Assembly: GCA_963735595.1 (NCBI GenBank) | Contig: CAVTLK010000002.1 | Location: 416,001-480,000, forward strand | Direction: 5' to 3' | Source of the DNA: an uncultured delta proteobacterium | Lineage (GTDB): Bacteria; Desulfobacterota; Zymogenia; Zymogenales; Zymogenaceae | DNA: 64,000 nt | In this document: in pieces, positions 55,323 through 64,000 of the stretch | Numbering within the stretch: the stretch's first letter is position 1 | How the letters are laid out: each line of letters opens with the position of its first letter | Position numbers and translations under genes: made by a program | Notes under the pieces: model-generated | Seen by the model: the letters and a program-made list of their open reading frames with translations, nothing else | Database searches by the model: none | Told to the model about the DNA's origin: nothing

Positions 55323-56924
55323 TCAGATCGGGCCGGGAGCTTCGTCGTCAGTGTCGGGCCTCTCTCGGCAATACTTATCCACCAGCACGTACTTCGTTAC
55401 CTTACCGACCCTGTTGCGGGGCAGCATAGTCGAAAAGATGATTCGCTGCGGTATCTCGTTGGCCGTAACCCTCTCGCGACACCATTCGATCAATGCCTCC
55501 TTCGAGATGCTTTTACGCGGGTCTCGAACCACCACCGCGACGACCGCCTGGCCCAGGGTATCGTCAGGCAGTCCAATGACCGCCACGTCAAGGACCCCCT
55601 CGCAAGACGCGAGGACCTCCTCCACGCCCAGCGCGAAAACCGTCTTGCCCGCGCTTACGATCATATCCTCCCGCCTGCCCATGAAGTAGAGGAAATCGTC
55701 TTCATCCAGACGGCCCCAGTCGCCCGTGTAGAACCAGCCGTCCCGGTACGAATCCGCGTTCCGTTGCTCGTCCTTGAAATATCCAGCGGTAACGCTAACC
55801 CCGCGGCAGACGATCTGGCCGATCTCGCCGGCCGGCACATCCTTTCCATCCCCGTCCACAATGCGCAGGTCCGTCCCGAAGTACCGGGTTCCTACGGAAG
55901 CGGGATTGATCCGTTTATCTTCCGGCCCCATGAGCGTGATAACACCCGCCTCATGCATGCCGTAGAACTCATAAATGTTGGGGCAGATGCGCTCCATCAC
56001 CTCATGCTGCAGGGCGACGGGAAACGGGCTGTTAGAAAAGGATATGCCCCTGAGTGACGACAGATCATATCGATCAAGATCCGGAATCCTAAGAATGAGG
56101 GATGCTAAAGGCGGTGACCAGTTGGTAATGGTGACGCGCTCATCCTGGATGATCCTCAGCATTCCGGCGAGGTCCGTAATTTCCGGCTGGAGAAAGACGT
56201 TGCGCGCTCCGGTCAGGAAGCCGGCCCCGTACCAGACGAGCCCTCCCCTGCCGTAGAGGGGAAAGACGGTCAGGATCACGTCATCGCTTGTGACGTCATG
56301 GGTCGTCGTAAAAAAACCCAGCCCAAAAAGGCCGTTGCCGTGAGTCAGCGGGAAGACCTTCCGGGGGCCGGTCGTGCGCGAGGTGGTATCTATGCACTGG
56401 ATATCGTCCGAATCGACCTCGATGAAGGGAAGATCGGCATGGGATTCCGCGATCAACTCCTCGTAGGGGAGCGCGTAGCCGGCTTCACGTTTCCCGATGC
56501 AGATAAAGGTCGTGACGCCGGGGAGGCTCTTCTTGACTTCCTCGGCTGTCGTGGCATATATATCCTCAAACAGGAGGACCCGAGCCCCGACGAATCCGAG
56601 ATACTCGACGATATCCGGGGGACTGAACCCCCATTGAAGAGGAACCGCAACCGCCCCGATCTTGACGAGGGCCCCGTATATCTCTCCGGCCTCCGCCCGG
56701 TTTCTGCATTGAAAGGCGCAGTGATCCCCTTTCTTCACTCCCCGGCCTATCAGGGCGACTGCCAGCCGGTTCGTCCGCTCCTCGACGTGCCGGAACGTGA
56801 ACCGCCGGCCTGTCATGGAGCAGAAGACGGCCTCGCGATCGCGGAAGCGTGCGGCCGCCGTTTTAATGAGGGTTGCCTGGGTTATCTGTGATGCCCGAGC
56901 GGATGATCGGCCGGTTTCGCTCAT
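55323..56924 (-). CDS. AMP-binding enzyme (acyl-CoA synthetase / ligase family)
   Basis: TTSRTTGPRK (variant P-loop), EFYGMHEAG, GWFYTGDWG and LPRNRVGKV. Confidence 0.88.
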   Translation of the reverse strand: MSETGRSSARASQITQATLIKTAAARFRDREAVFCSMTGRRFTFRHVEERTNRLAVALIGRGVKKGDHCAFQCRNRAEAGEIYGALVKIGAVAVPLQWGFSPPDIVEYLGFVGARVLLFEDIYATTAEEVKKSLPGVTTFICIGKREAGYALPYEELIAESHADLPFIEVDSDDIQCIDTTSRTTGPRKVFPLTHGNGLFGLGFFTTTHDVTSDDVILTVFPLYGRGGLVWYGAGFLTGARNVFLQPEITDLAGMLRIIQDERVTITNWSPPLASLILRIPDLDRYDLSSLRGISFSNSPFPVALQHEVMERICPNIYEFYGMHEAGVITLMGPEDKRINPASVGTRYFGTDLRIVDGDGKDVPAGEIGQIVCRGVSVTAGYFKDEQRNADSYRDGWFYTGDWGRLDEDDFLYFMGRREDMIVSAGKTVFALGVEEVLASCEGVLDVAVIGLPDDTLGQAVVAVVVRDPRKSISKEALIEWCRERVTANEIPQRIIFSTMLPRNRVGKVTKYVLVDKYCRERPDTDDEAPGPI

Positions 56925-56926
56925 CG

Positions 56927-57361
56927 TCAAGGTTTCTCCTTCTGAACTGGTGCGAATAAGCGCGCGCGGGCCGACCGAACGCAACGTGCGATCTTCCCCT
57001 TGATGATACCTGCAGTCATGTTAGCCCGGGAGAGGAGGGCCGTCAACTTCCCGCGATGTGGGCGGATCAACCCCCGGGCGGCGCGGGAGACCATGACTAC
57101 CCTGGGTATGCCGCCGGTCGGCAGCTGGACGGGCGGATCGGGATAGGTAAGGCTGTCTCCCTTGCTGGTGATCCGGGGAGGGGCCTGACTCCTGTCGATT
57201 TTGACGATCCGATGCACAACATACTCGTTTTCCCGGCCGATGCAGACGATGTCGCCCGGCGCGCAATCGTCCGGGGCGGCGATCTCGAGGATCAGGGTAT
57301 CGCCCGGGCGGAGCGCAGGATACATGCTGTACCCCCGGAATGTGATCCGTCTATAGTCCAT
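56927..57361 (-). CDS. S24/S26 family peptidase
   Basis: GYSMYPALRPGD, VVHRIV and SKGDS (Ser/His-type S26-like). Confidence 0.8.
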   Translation of the reverse strand: MDYRRITFRGYSMYPALRPGDTLILEIAAPDDCAPGDIVCIGRENEYVVHRIVKIDRSQAPPRITSKGDSLTYPDPPVQLPTGGIPRVVMVSRAARGLIRPHRGKLTALLSRANMTAGIIKGKIARCVRSARARLFAPVQKEKP

Positions 57362-57421
57362 TTGCGTCTGTAGTCTATCTCGTGTCTATTGGCGACACGC
57401 GACGGTCGAGCGCGACCGGGC

Positions 57422-57676
57422 CTACGGCGATTTCCCGTAGTTGCAGTTCTGCGCGGTATTACCATTGCGGCAGTTTTGCGGCGTGGCCGAGTTGCCCTGG
57501 GCGCATGAGACGGTCGCCGCGGTACCGGTGTTACAGTCGCTCGTTGCCTGGCTGCCCGTTCCGCACTGACCCGTCGCGGTCGGTCCCGTGACGCACCGCG
57601 TCGCGCCTACTGCCTGGGTATAGTCCACCTGCAGATCGATGATCTTCGGCGGCTCATACGGCTTTTTTTGTTTCAT
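57422..57676 (-). CDS. Putative RiPP precursor with six CxxG repeats (SynChlorMet-type)
   Basis: Leader KKPYEPPKI (YxxP), then Cys about every 10 residues in a CxxGxxA(T) pattern. Confidence 0.8.
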   Translation of the reverse strand: MKQKKPYEPPKIIDLQVDYTQAVGATRCVTGPTATGQCGTGSQATSDCNTGTAATVSCAQGNSATPQNCRNGNTAQNCNYGKSP

Positions 57677-58637
57677 CGGCTATTCCCCTGAAAAAAGGTT
57701 TGGGGTCAAAATCCCGGGCAAAAACGAGGGTCGAGACGGGATGTCTCCGACAAAGCTCTCCGGCGAGATTGAAGGCCCTGGCCGCCGGCTTATGACCCAT
57801 GAACCGAAAGAAATGGATGTGATTGGAAAGCAGCATCGACAACGCCCGGCCCGGCGACAGATCGGCGATCCGGTTTTCCGATCCCTTTTCGAGAAACAGG
57901 ATGCGCGTGAGGGGAGCCGGGCCTGCGGGCTTATGAACCGGGTCTACCTGAGAAAAGGGGGTCGGGAAGAGGGAAGATGTCCCGCCGTTTTGCGAACACC
58001 ACGACCCGTCGTCCGAGAGTACCAGTCCGGGATCAACCGCGCGGGCGATCGTACTTTTGCCCGCACCGGAATTTCCGACAAAGAGATAGCCGTCGCCATC
58101 CAGGACCAGGGATGCGGCATGGAGCATAAGTGCCCCGTAATCCGGGGCGCACAGGGCCAGAACTCCCTGAAGCACGGGTGTCAAAGACGACTCCCTGTCC
58201 CAATCTTCTTCGACTTTTACAAGGGCGTCTGCCCGCCCGAGCCGGTGATCCACCGCCACGATAAAGCCGGCGCGCGGGATTACCGAGACGTCTCCCGCAC
58301 CAAACGCGGCCAACAGCGGCAGCGATACGGTTCCGGGCCGTATCGGCAATCTACGGCCGGTCGTGCGCCCGTAGGTTACCCCGGTGAACGGAAACCTCCG
58401 CTCTAATGCCTGGGCGATATGCTGTATCCGCGCGAGGTCTTCGGGCGTCAATATCTCATCCCAGGATGACCCGGAGACCTGCATTACCGACAGGCTGATT
58501 GAGACCCGGTTTCTTTTCCTCCCCGCGAAACGGGAGATCGGATCGTCCGGCCTGTGGCCGATGCTCATCGTCGGCTCGCCCTCCCTGTGATTGGCGATGG
58601 TTATATCCACCGAGACCCCTCCGACCGTGACGATCAT
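57654..58637 (-). CDS. HPr-kinase-related P-loop protein (ScmC-like)
   Basis: LHAASL, GNSGAGKSTIA, VLSDD and PTPF. Confidence 0.75.
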   Translation of the reverse strand: MIVTVGGVSVDITIANHREGEPTMSIGHRPDDPISRFAGRKRNRVSISLSVMQVSGSSWDEILTPEDLARIQHIAQALERRFPFTGVTYGRTTGRRLPIRPGTVSLPLLAAFGAGDVSVIPRAGFIVAVDHRLGRADALVKVEEDWDRESSLTPVLQGVLALCAPDYGALMLHAASLVLDGDGYLFVGNSGAGKSTIARAVDPGLVLSDDGSWCSQNGGTSSLFPTPFSQVDPVHKPAGPAPLTRILFLEKGSENRIADLSPGRALSMLLSNHIHFFRFMGHKPAARAFNLAGELCRRHPVSTLVFARDFDPKPFFRGIADETKKAV

Positions 58638-59722
58638 CGATCCACCATCCTTCCGGGCGGGAAAAGACCTTTATTGTAGGCCTCCTCGCACATCCAATGG
58701 GACGCAGCAACGCTTCCCGACAGGACAAAAGCGTCCGCCCGGCAGGAGCCGAGGCAGATCCCCGCCATAACGCACCGACCGCAGATTCCTTCCATTCGGT
58801 GTGGGACGACCTCCCGGAGCCGTTTAAGTACGGGGCTTTTCCCCCAGATCTCCGCCAGATCGTCGGTCCGGATATTGCCCATGACCAGATCCGGTTCCTC
58901 CCGGCCGATACCGCAGATCGAAATACCCCCGTCGGAAAGGATGCCGATAATGTTCAGCACGCGGCACTGGGAGTTTCTTCTGTCGAACAGGTGACCGATC
59001 GGCTTGAGGGCCGAGGGAATAGTGAAGAAAGTCTCAATGCCGTTACGGTCCGAGAGGTCCCTCTCCACCCACTCGGAGAGGGCCAGCAATTCTTCTACCT
59101 GCAGGGTCTCACCCCGATCCGTCAGCGCGCCGCCCCTGCCGACGGGATTGACGGGATTGATTTTCACCGAAGGCGTACCGATCCGCCGCGCCAGGTCAAC
59201 GACCCCCTCAATATCGGCGGCGTTTTCACGAACCAGGCTCATAATGAGCTGGACGGAAATGCCCTCGGCAGTGAGTAGTTCTGCGCCCGAGACGGCGTCG
59301 TCAAACGCGCCATTGACGCCCCGGAAGGAGTCGTGAAAGGAGGGGCGGTGGCTGTCAAGGCTGACGCTGAGAGAGGTTACCCCGTGTTTCTTTAGGAAAG
59401 CGGCGGTCTCGCGGTCGATCAGTGTCCCATTGGTCTCCACAAAAATCGTGAGGCCGCTGCCGGAAGCCAATTCGACGATCTCGAATATATTTCGGTTCAG
59501 GAAGGGCTCCCCGCCGGTGATCTTCACATGGGAGAGGCCCAGGGGCGTCGCCTTATCGATCACCTTGCGCACGTCGGCGGCCGTGAGGGAGTCTTTGGCC
59601 GTCTCGTCACGGGCGGCGAAGGTCGGGGATATCCAGCAGTGGGCGCATCGGAGGTTGCACTCGCCCGAGAGGTACAGGTATGCGTGGATAAGAGGATACG
59701 CGGATGTCCTATCGGCTCGCAT
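58634..59722 (-). CDS. scmF: Radical SAM/SPASM protein, SynChlorMet ScmF-like
   Basis: YPLIHAYLYLSGECNLRCAHCWI, VKITGGEP, ICGIG and EGICGRCVMAGICLGSCRA..CEEAYNKGLFP. Confidence 0.82.
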   Translation of the reverse strand: MRADRTSAYPLIHAYLYLSGECNLRCAHCWISPTFAARDETAKDSLTAADVRKVIDKATPLGLSHVKITGGEPFLNRNIFEIVELASGSGLTIFVETNGTLIDRETAAFLKKHGVTSLSVSLDSHRPSFHDSFRGVNGAFDDAVSGAELLTAEGISVQLIMSLVRENAADIEGVVDLARRIGTPSVKINPVNPVGRGGALTDRGETLQVEELLALSEWVERDLSDRNGIETFFTIPSALKPIGHLFDRRNSQCRVLNIIGILSDGGISICGIGREEPDLVMGNIRTDDLAEIWGKSPVLKRLREVVPHRMEGICGRCVMAGICLGSCRADAFVLSGSVAASHWMCEEAYNKGLFPPGRMVDR

Positions 59723-60854
59723 AAGACCCCTCCTCTTCGCGAAGCTTGAGACAGCAGGACGGGTCCCGGGCAAGCGTTGAGCCGCAGGCGGAAAAGGCCG
59801 ATGCGGCGCACCCCGCCGTGCAGTAAGGGGCATATCTGCAGTCCGTGCAGGTGGGAAGGCTCGTGATCGGGGTAACGAAGCGCCTGCGAAATTCCCGGAA
59901 TACCGCCGATTTGCTCCATATCGTGTCAAGGTCCGTCTCGAGGATGTTGCCAGCCACGAGCTCGGTGAGGCGATCGCAGGGAGTTGCGTGCCCGTCCGGC
60001 CGGATGGCGCATTCGGTGCGCAACGCACCGCATCCCGAAAGGCAGTTTATGCCCCCATCGTTTGGGGCCTCGCCTTCGGCACTGACCGAGCGGATGCCGG
60101 CAAAGATGTCATCTATCTGGAGGAAAGTGCCCGAGACGGAGGGATAGGTCTCCTTCAACTCCCGGAGGGACGCGGTGACCTCGCGCCGTTCTTCAGCTGA
60201 GAGATCGAGCTCGCCCCGATTGTCGTGGCCACGGCCGAGCGTGATGAGGTCATTGAATTTCACCCCCCGGATGCCGAGCTCCTCGGCCAACCTTGCCACC
60301 TCTTCCAGCCGCCGGAAGTTCAGGCGGGTCACGGTGCAATAAGCCGAGATTCGGCCAATTCGTTCGATGAGATAGTCCAGGCCCCGGACCGTCTCATAAA
60401 AGGCCCCGGGTCCGCGCAGCGCGTCGTGAACTTCCTCCGACCCGCCGTCAAGGCTCACCATGATATCCGAGAGCTTGGCCCCGTACTTTTGAAGGCGCCG
60501 TGCCGCCCCGTCGTCGATGAGGGCGGCGTTCGTGTTGAGGGAAAAACGGATCGGCTTTTGCGAGAGATGATCAAGGATCGTGAAGATATCCTCCCGTACG
60601 AAGGGCTCCCCGCCGCTGATCTTGACGCGGAACACCTTAAGATAGGCGATATGATCGATAAATGAAAGCCATTGAGGGGTCGTAAGATCCGGCCCGTAGG
60701 CATGATCCTTCCCGTAAACGGCGCAGTGGAGGCAGGACAGGTTGCATCGGGACGTAATGGAGATAAAGACGGACAGCGGCGCCCGCGGTATCTTCGGGGG
60801 GATGGGGGATATATCTCTGACCCGGTTGCGGCCGGCTGCGCTATCTGTGGTCAC
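59709..60854 (-). CDS. scmE: Radical SAM/SPASM protein, SynChlorMet ScmE-like
   Basis: ITSRCNLSCLHC, ISGGEPF, LSGCG..AIRPDG..PC and CTDCRYAPYCTAGC. Confidence 0.8.
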   Translation of the reverse strand: MTTDSAAGRNRVRDISPIPPKIPRAPLSVFISITSRCNLSCLHCAVYGKDHAYGPDLTTPQWLSFIDHIAYLKVFRVKISGGEPFVREDIFTILDHLSQKPIRFSLNTNAALIDDGAARRLQKYGAKLSDIMVSLDGGSEEVHDALRGPGAFYETVRGLDYLIERIGRISAYCTVTRLNFRRLEEVARLAEELGIRGVKFNDLITLGRGHDNRGELDLSAEERREVTASLRELKETYPSVSGTFLQIDDIFAGIRSVSAEGEAPNDGGINCLSGCGALRTECAIRPDGHATPCDRLTELVAGNILETDLDTIWSKSAVFREFRRRFVTPITSLPTCTDCRYAPYCTAGCAASAFSACGSTLARDPSCCLKLREEEGSYASR

Positions 60855-60908
60855 GATTTTGTCTCCCGCGTTTGTTTTTCCATGTCAGGATACGTTTTCC
60901 GGGTTACC

Positions 60909-61526
60909 TCAGACGCCGATTAGTCCCCGAGTCACCAACCCCTCGATGAACGCCTCTACGTCGCGGCCGATCCGTTCCGGCTCGACCTGGGAGAACTCGG
61001 ACGCCACGGTATTAATGATATCGGCAAGAGTCCTTTTCCCGTCTATCTGGCTGATCACTATGAGCCCGGTTTCGTTGACTGCCGAAAGCTCGTCGGTAAC
61101 CGGGTCGAATATAAAGGCTCCGTCGTCTTCTTGCCGGATGACGGTCTCCCGTTTGATTCTGGGTATGAACGAGCGGTCAGGCGCCATGGCAATGACTCCC
61201 TTTTTAAGCAGTTCACGATAGATCTTTTTTACGTCCCGAGTAACGACTTTCGTTTTCTTATCGAAGTCCCAGGCGACCATCCGGGCGATCCATTCGAGGT
61301 TTAGTGTGCCGTTGGTAAGTCGAATGACCGCCGCGGCCGTGTGGTTGAGGGGATAGACGCTCCGGCTCTCAATATTAAAGAGGACAATCTCGTCCCGCGT
61401 GCATTCGCATACAAGGATTCTATCGACGAGCTGGAAGACACTCCTCTCCGAGAACCTGACTTGCCGCTCGTAGACACGCCGCATGAAAGAGAGACAGTAA
61501 GAGAGTATTCTGCCGACAACTGCCAT
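60909..61526 (-). CDS. Tandem PqqD / RiPP recognition element protein
   Basis: Two repeats of the PqqD pattern: LF..S...LN.TA...G...RDV..LLKKGVI and IFDP.T....NETG..I..IDGKRT..RDV..L..RGLI. Confidence 0.78.
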   Translation of the reverse strand: MAVVGRILSYCLSFMRRVYERQVRFSERSVFQLVDRILVCECTRDEIVLFNIESRSVYPLNHTAAAVIRLTNGTLNLEWIARMVAWDFDKKTKVVTRDVKKIYRELLKKGVIAMAPDRSFIPRIKRETVIRQEDDGAFIFDPVTDELSAVNETGLIVISQIDGKRTLADIINTVASEFSQVEPERIGRDVEAFIEGLVTRGLIGV

Positions 61527-62788
61527 TATCGACGACCGGTAAAGAAGACGCGAAATCCCGATCTAACCAGGTGAAGCAAGCGCGCCCGGTAAACTCCCGG
61601 AATGTCGTGGGGATTAATGCCCATCTCATGAGCGATGATATTCCGGTGTGGCAACGCCATCCCCTTAAAGTAATAAAACTTTTTTCGATTGCTGTCAATG
61701 GTAAATCCGAGCAGTATGTCCCCGAAGAAGAGGTAATCGGTGCGCCTGACGGCTGCCCCGATGAGCCGTCCGATCGGACGAGGTGGGCGATAATCGTCCG
61801 GGAGGGGGATACTCCCGGGATACCCGAAGATTTCCCGGATTGACCAGAGATGATAATTCAGCACGGGTAGAAGCCGGTGTCGGAGGGCGATGTCAATCAG
61901 GCTGTCTGAGAACGAGGGACGGCTGTTCTTGATGAGCAGCACCCCGGCATCCATGAACCAGAAATCCATGATGTAGGAGTGGGTGAGGGCGTGCAGTGCC
62001 GTCATAATCAGGGTGTGTCGTGGGTCCGGGGAGCGATAAGGAACACCGTTAATCTCCCGTTGTTCGGAACCGGCAAATATCTCATCTGATTCAATCCGGG
62101 GAAGGTGGGCGCTCGCCGGATTCCTGATATCCCCCACGAACCCGAAGTGAACGTCGATAATCAGTCCCCCCCGGGACCAGGTGCCGGAGTGTTCGCCTCC
62201 GTTGGGACGATACCCCATGTCCGAAAGAATCCCTGTCAGACCCGGGTAATCCTGCCGCCTGACAAGGAAGTCGGCGTCGGTAACGGGCCGGATGGCATTG
62301 TCGTGATAGCAGACAGTGATGAGGTCGTGTCCCTTGAAGAGCACTATGTCAATATTTTTTTCACCGCACCTGGAAAGTATCAGTCCAAGTTCCTTCCTCA
62401 TGGCCGCCGTCGCCATGGCAGTTCGCGCGAGAGCTAGTCGCGCCTTTTCCTTTTCCCTCTCTTCAAGGGCGCCCGAAAGACCCCACCGCGTGAGGGCGCC
62501 CATAACGGCTCCCAGGGAACCTTTCGCTGCGGCAAACGGGATAAGGTCTGGCGGCAGACGATCCGGCAGGTCGCGGGGAGTCACGGGATCTCGGCCGAGC
62601 ATCGTCTCCCATACGAGCCGAATAGCCCTGGCGGTGATCTCCCGGGAATCCGCCGACAGGCGGACACCTTCCGGCCTCTCCCCGGCCGCCCCGCTCAGCC
62701 GGGGAACGCCAAGGGTCGGGAGCAGGCCGAGTCCTGTCTTTTCCCGACAATGTGGTTGTCGTGTCATCATTACCGTCCCGGGCCGCAT
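61526..62788 (-). CDS. Nucleotidyltransferase family protein
   Basis: VLFKG..L..Y...RPVTDADFLV, IDVH and ALH motifs. Confidence 0.78.
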   Translation of the reverse strand: MRPGTVMMTRQPHCREKTGLGLLPTLGVPRLSGAAGERPEGVRLSADSREITARAIRLVWETMLGRDPVTPRDLPDRLPPDLIPFAAAKGSLGAVMGALTRWGLSGALEEREKEKARLALARTAMATAAMRKELGLILSRCGEKNIDIVLFKGHDLITVCYHDNAIRPVTDADFLVRRQDYPGLTGILSDMGYRPNGGEHSGTWSRGGLIIDVHFGFVGDIRNPASAHLPRIESDEIFAGSEQREINGVPYRSPDPRHTLIMTALHALTHSYIMDFWFMDAGVLLIKNSRPSFSDSLIDIALRHRLLPVLNYHLWSIREIFGYPGSIPLPDDYRPPRPIGRLIGAAVRRTDYLFFGDILLGFTIDSNRKKFYYFKGMALPHRNIIAHEMGINPHDIPGVYRARLLHLVRSGFRVFFTGRR

Positions 62789-63954
62789 ATCAGACTGAAC
62801 GTCTCATTATATACTGTGTCTCGGCCGAAGCGCAAGAGCGCGGTTTCTCTCGCCTTGATCCCGAGCCGTCTTCTGAGGGACTTATCCGAGATGACCGACC
62901 CCAGCTTGAGGGCCAGGTCGTCCGGGTCCGCCGGAGCAAAGAGGAGGCCGTTTTCACCGTCCCGGATCACCTCCGGGATTCCCGTAATCGAGGGGACGAC
63001 AACGGCAAGTCCCGTGGCCATCGCCTCGAGCATCGAAACGGGCAATCCCTCCGATCCGCTTGCCATCACGAAGACGTCGGAGGCGGCAAGCCGATCCCTG
63101 AGGTCTTCGCCCAGCAGGACACCCGTAAAACTGATTCGGTCATCGAGGCCGAGCTCGGCTACCTGCCGTTTGAGGGGAAGATCCAACTCACCGCCGCCCA
63201 CTATCGTCAAGGTAAAATCGACTTTCCGACGCCGGAGGAGCTGCGCGGCCTGGATAATGCGGCTGTGCCCCTTTATCGGATGGAGCCTGCCCACCGTGAT
63301 CAATCTGGTCGCGCCGGCCGGCCGCTCCTTCTTCGGTTCCGGTCGGAAGAAATCCGTATCCACCGGTGAGGGGATCACCCGGATACTGTCTTTCGGGCCG
63401 CCGGCAAGAGAGGCGGTTCGTGACTTGTTATATTCGGTAGGGGTGATAACGAAGGCCGCGTCCGTTATTAACTGCTGCGCGTCGGCCGGGGGAAAAAGGA
63501 GAAGATCCGAACCGTGGACCGTAAGGGTGTAGGGAATTCCAAGCAGGATCGAGCAAGCCCTCGCTCGCGAGGCCGCCGGTGAGAGGGTGTGGGCATGGAT
63601 GCGGCTTATAGCAACCCTATTGAGGAAATGGGCCGCCTCTAGTGACTTGAGGACGAATCTTATCCCCAATAGCTGCCGGTAATCCGAGAAGATGCGCGCC
63701 GTCCTTGCCGGGCTCATCAGGGAAAAACAGGCAAGGGCCCTGATCCATCCCGGGGACGCGAGGGAAAAACTGGTGTAGTTATACCCCGGGTATGCGGTGA
63801 CCGCCTCGGGGAGGTCGTCCGTGTCGGTATCCCAGAGGGGCAGAAGGTATACCTCGTGTCCCCGCGTCCTCAGATGCTCAACCTCGTGATAAATAAAGGT
63901 CGAGAGATTCGAGGGGAGCGATTTAACGAAATAGACAAGCCTCACGGTCGTCAC
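62770..63954 (-). CDS. Glycosyltransferase family 4
   Basis: HAH, TVHGSD, VGRLHPIKG and EGLPVSMLEAMATG. Confidence 0.9.
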   Translation of the reverse strand: MTTVRLVYFVKSLPSNLSTFIYHEVEHLRTRGHEVYLLPLWDTDTDDLPEAVTAYPGYNYTSFSLASPGWIRALACFSLMSPARTARIFSDYRQLLGIRFVLKSLEAAHFLNRVAISRIHAHTLSPAASRARACSILLGIPYTLTVHGSDLLLFPPADAQQLITDAAFVITPTEYNKSRTASLAGGPKDSIRVIPSPVDTDFFRPEPKKERPAGATRLITVGRLHPIKGHSRIIQAAQLLRRRKVDFTLTIVGGGELDLPLKRQVAELGLDDRISFTGVLLGEDLRDRLAASDVFVMASGSEGLPVSMLEAMATGLAVVVPSITGIPEVIRDGENGLLFAPADPDDLALKLGSVISDKSLRRRLGIKARETALLRFGRDTVYNETFSLICGPGR

Positions 63955-64000
63955 CGCTCCAAGGCCGGTGATAGGGCCTGTTCGAGTTGGTGCAACGAAA

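Overview
A GC-rich bacterial chromosome segment. Its gene content suggests an anaerobe, probably of the Desulfobacterota (Deltaproteobacteria) type; this is inference. Many otherwise conserved genes are broken by single-base indels, which looks like unpolished long-read error rather than real pseudogenes, so genes are reported as reconstructed spans. Layout: hslU, argB-D-F-G-H, lipoprotein, lysA-dapF-dapA, ftsH and rlmD (1-14 kb); a 2-oxoacid:ferredoxin oxidoreductase operon with a GltD-like flavoprotein fused into the delta subunit (14.5-19 kb); hydrolases; an aminotransferase / kinase-like / SDR cluster (21.7-26 kb); thiolase plus fadB behind a palindromic FadR-like operator (26.8-30.2 kb); a lysine fermentation cluster, kdd-kamB-kamD-kamE-kal-kamA (38-46.9 kb); lysC; a diguanylate cyclase; and two large paralogous envelope proteins. 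Two RiPP-like clusters stand out. (1) 31.5-37.7 kb, the most novel: two 120-aa paralogous peptides with a twin-arginine-like leader and about 14-15 tandem Tyr-x-Asn/Asp triplets, followed by a radical SAM enzyme, a SPASM-only or degenerate partner, a radical SAM/SPASM enzyme apparently fused to a GT9 glycosyltransferase, and an lgt. (2) 55.3-64 kb: a SynChlorMet-like cluster with two rSAM/SPASM enzymes, a tandem PqqD/RRE, a Cys-every-tenth precursor, a kinase-like protein, a peptidase, a nucleotidyltransferase, a GT4 and an acyl-CoA ligase.
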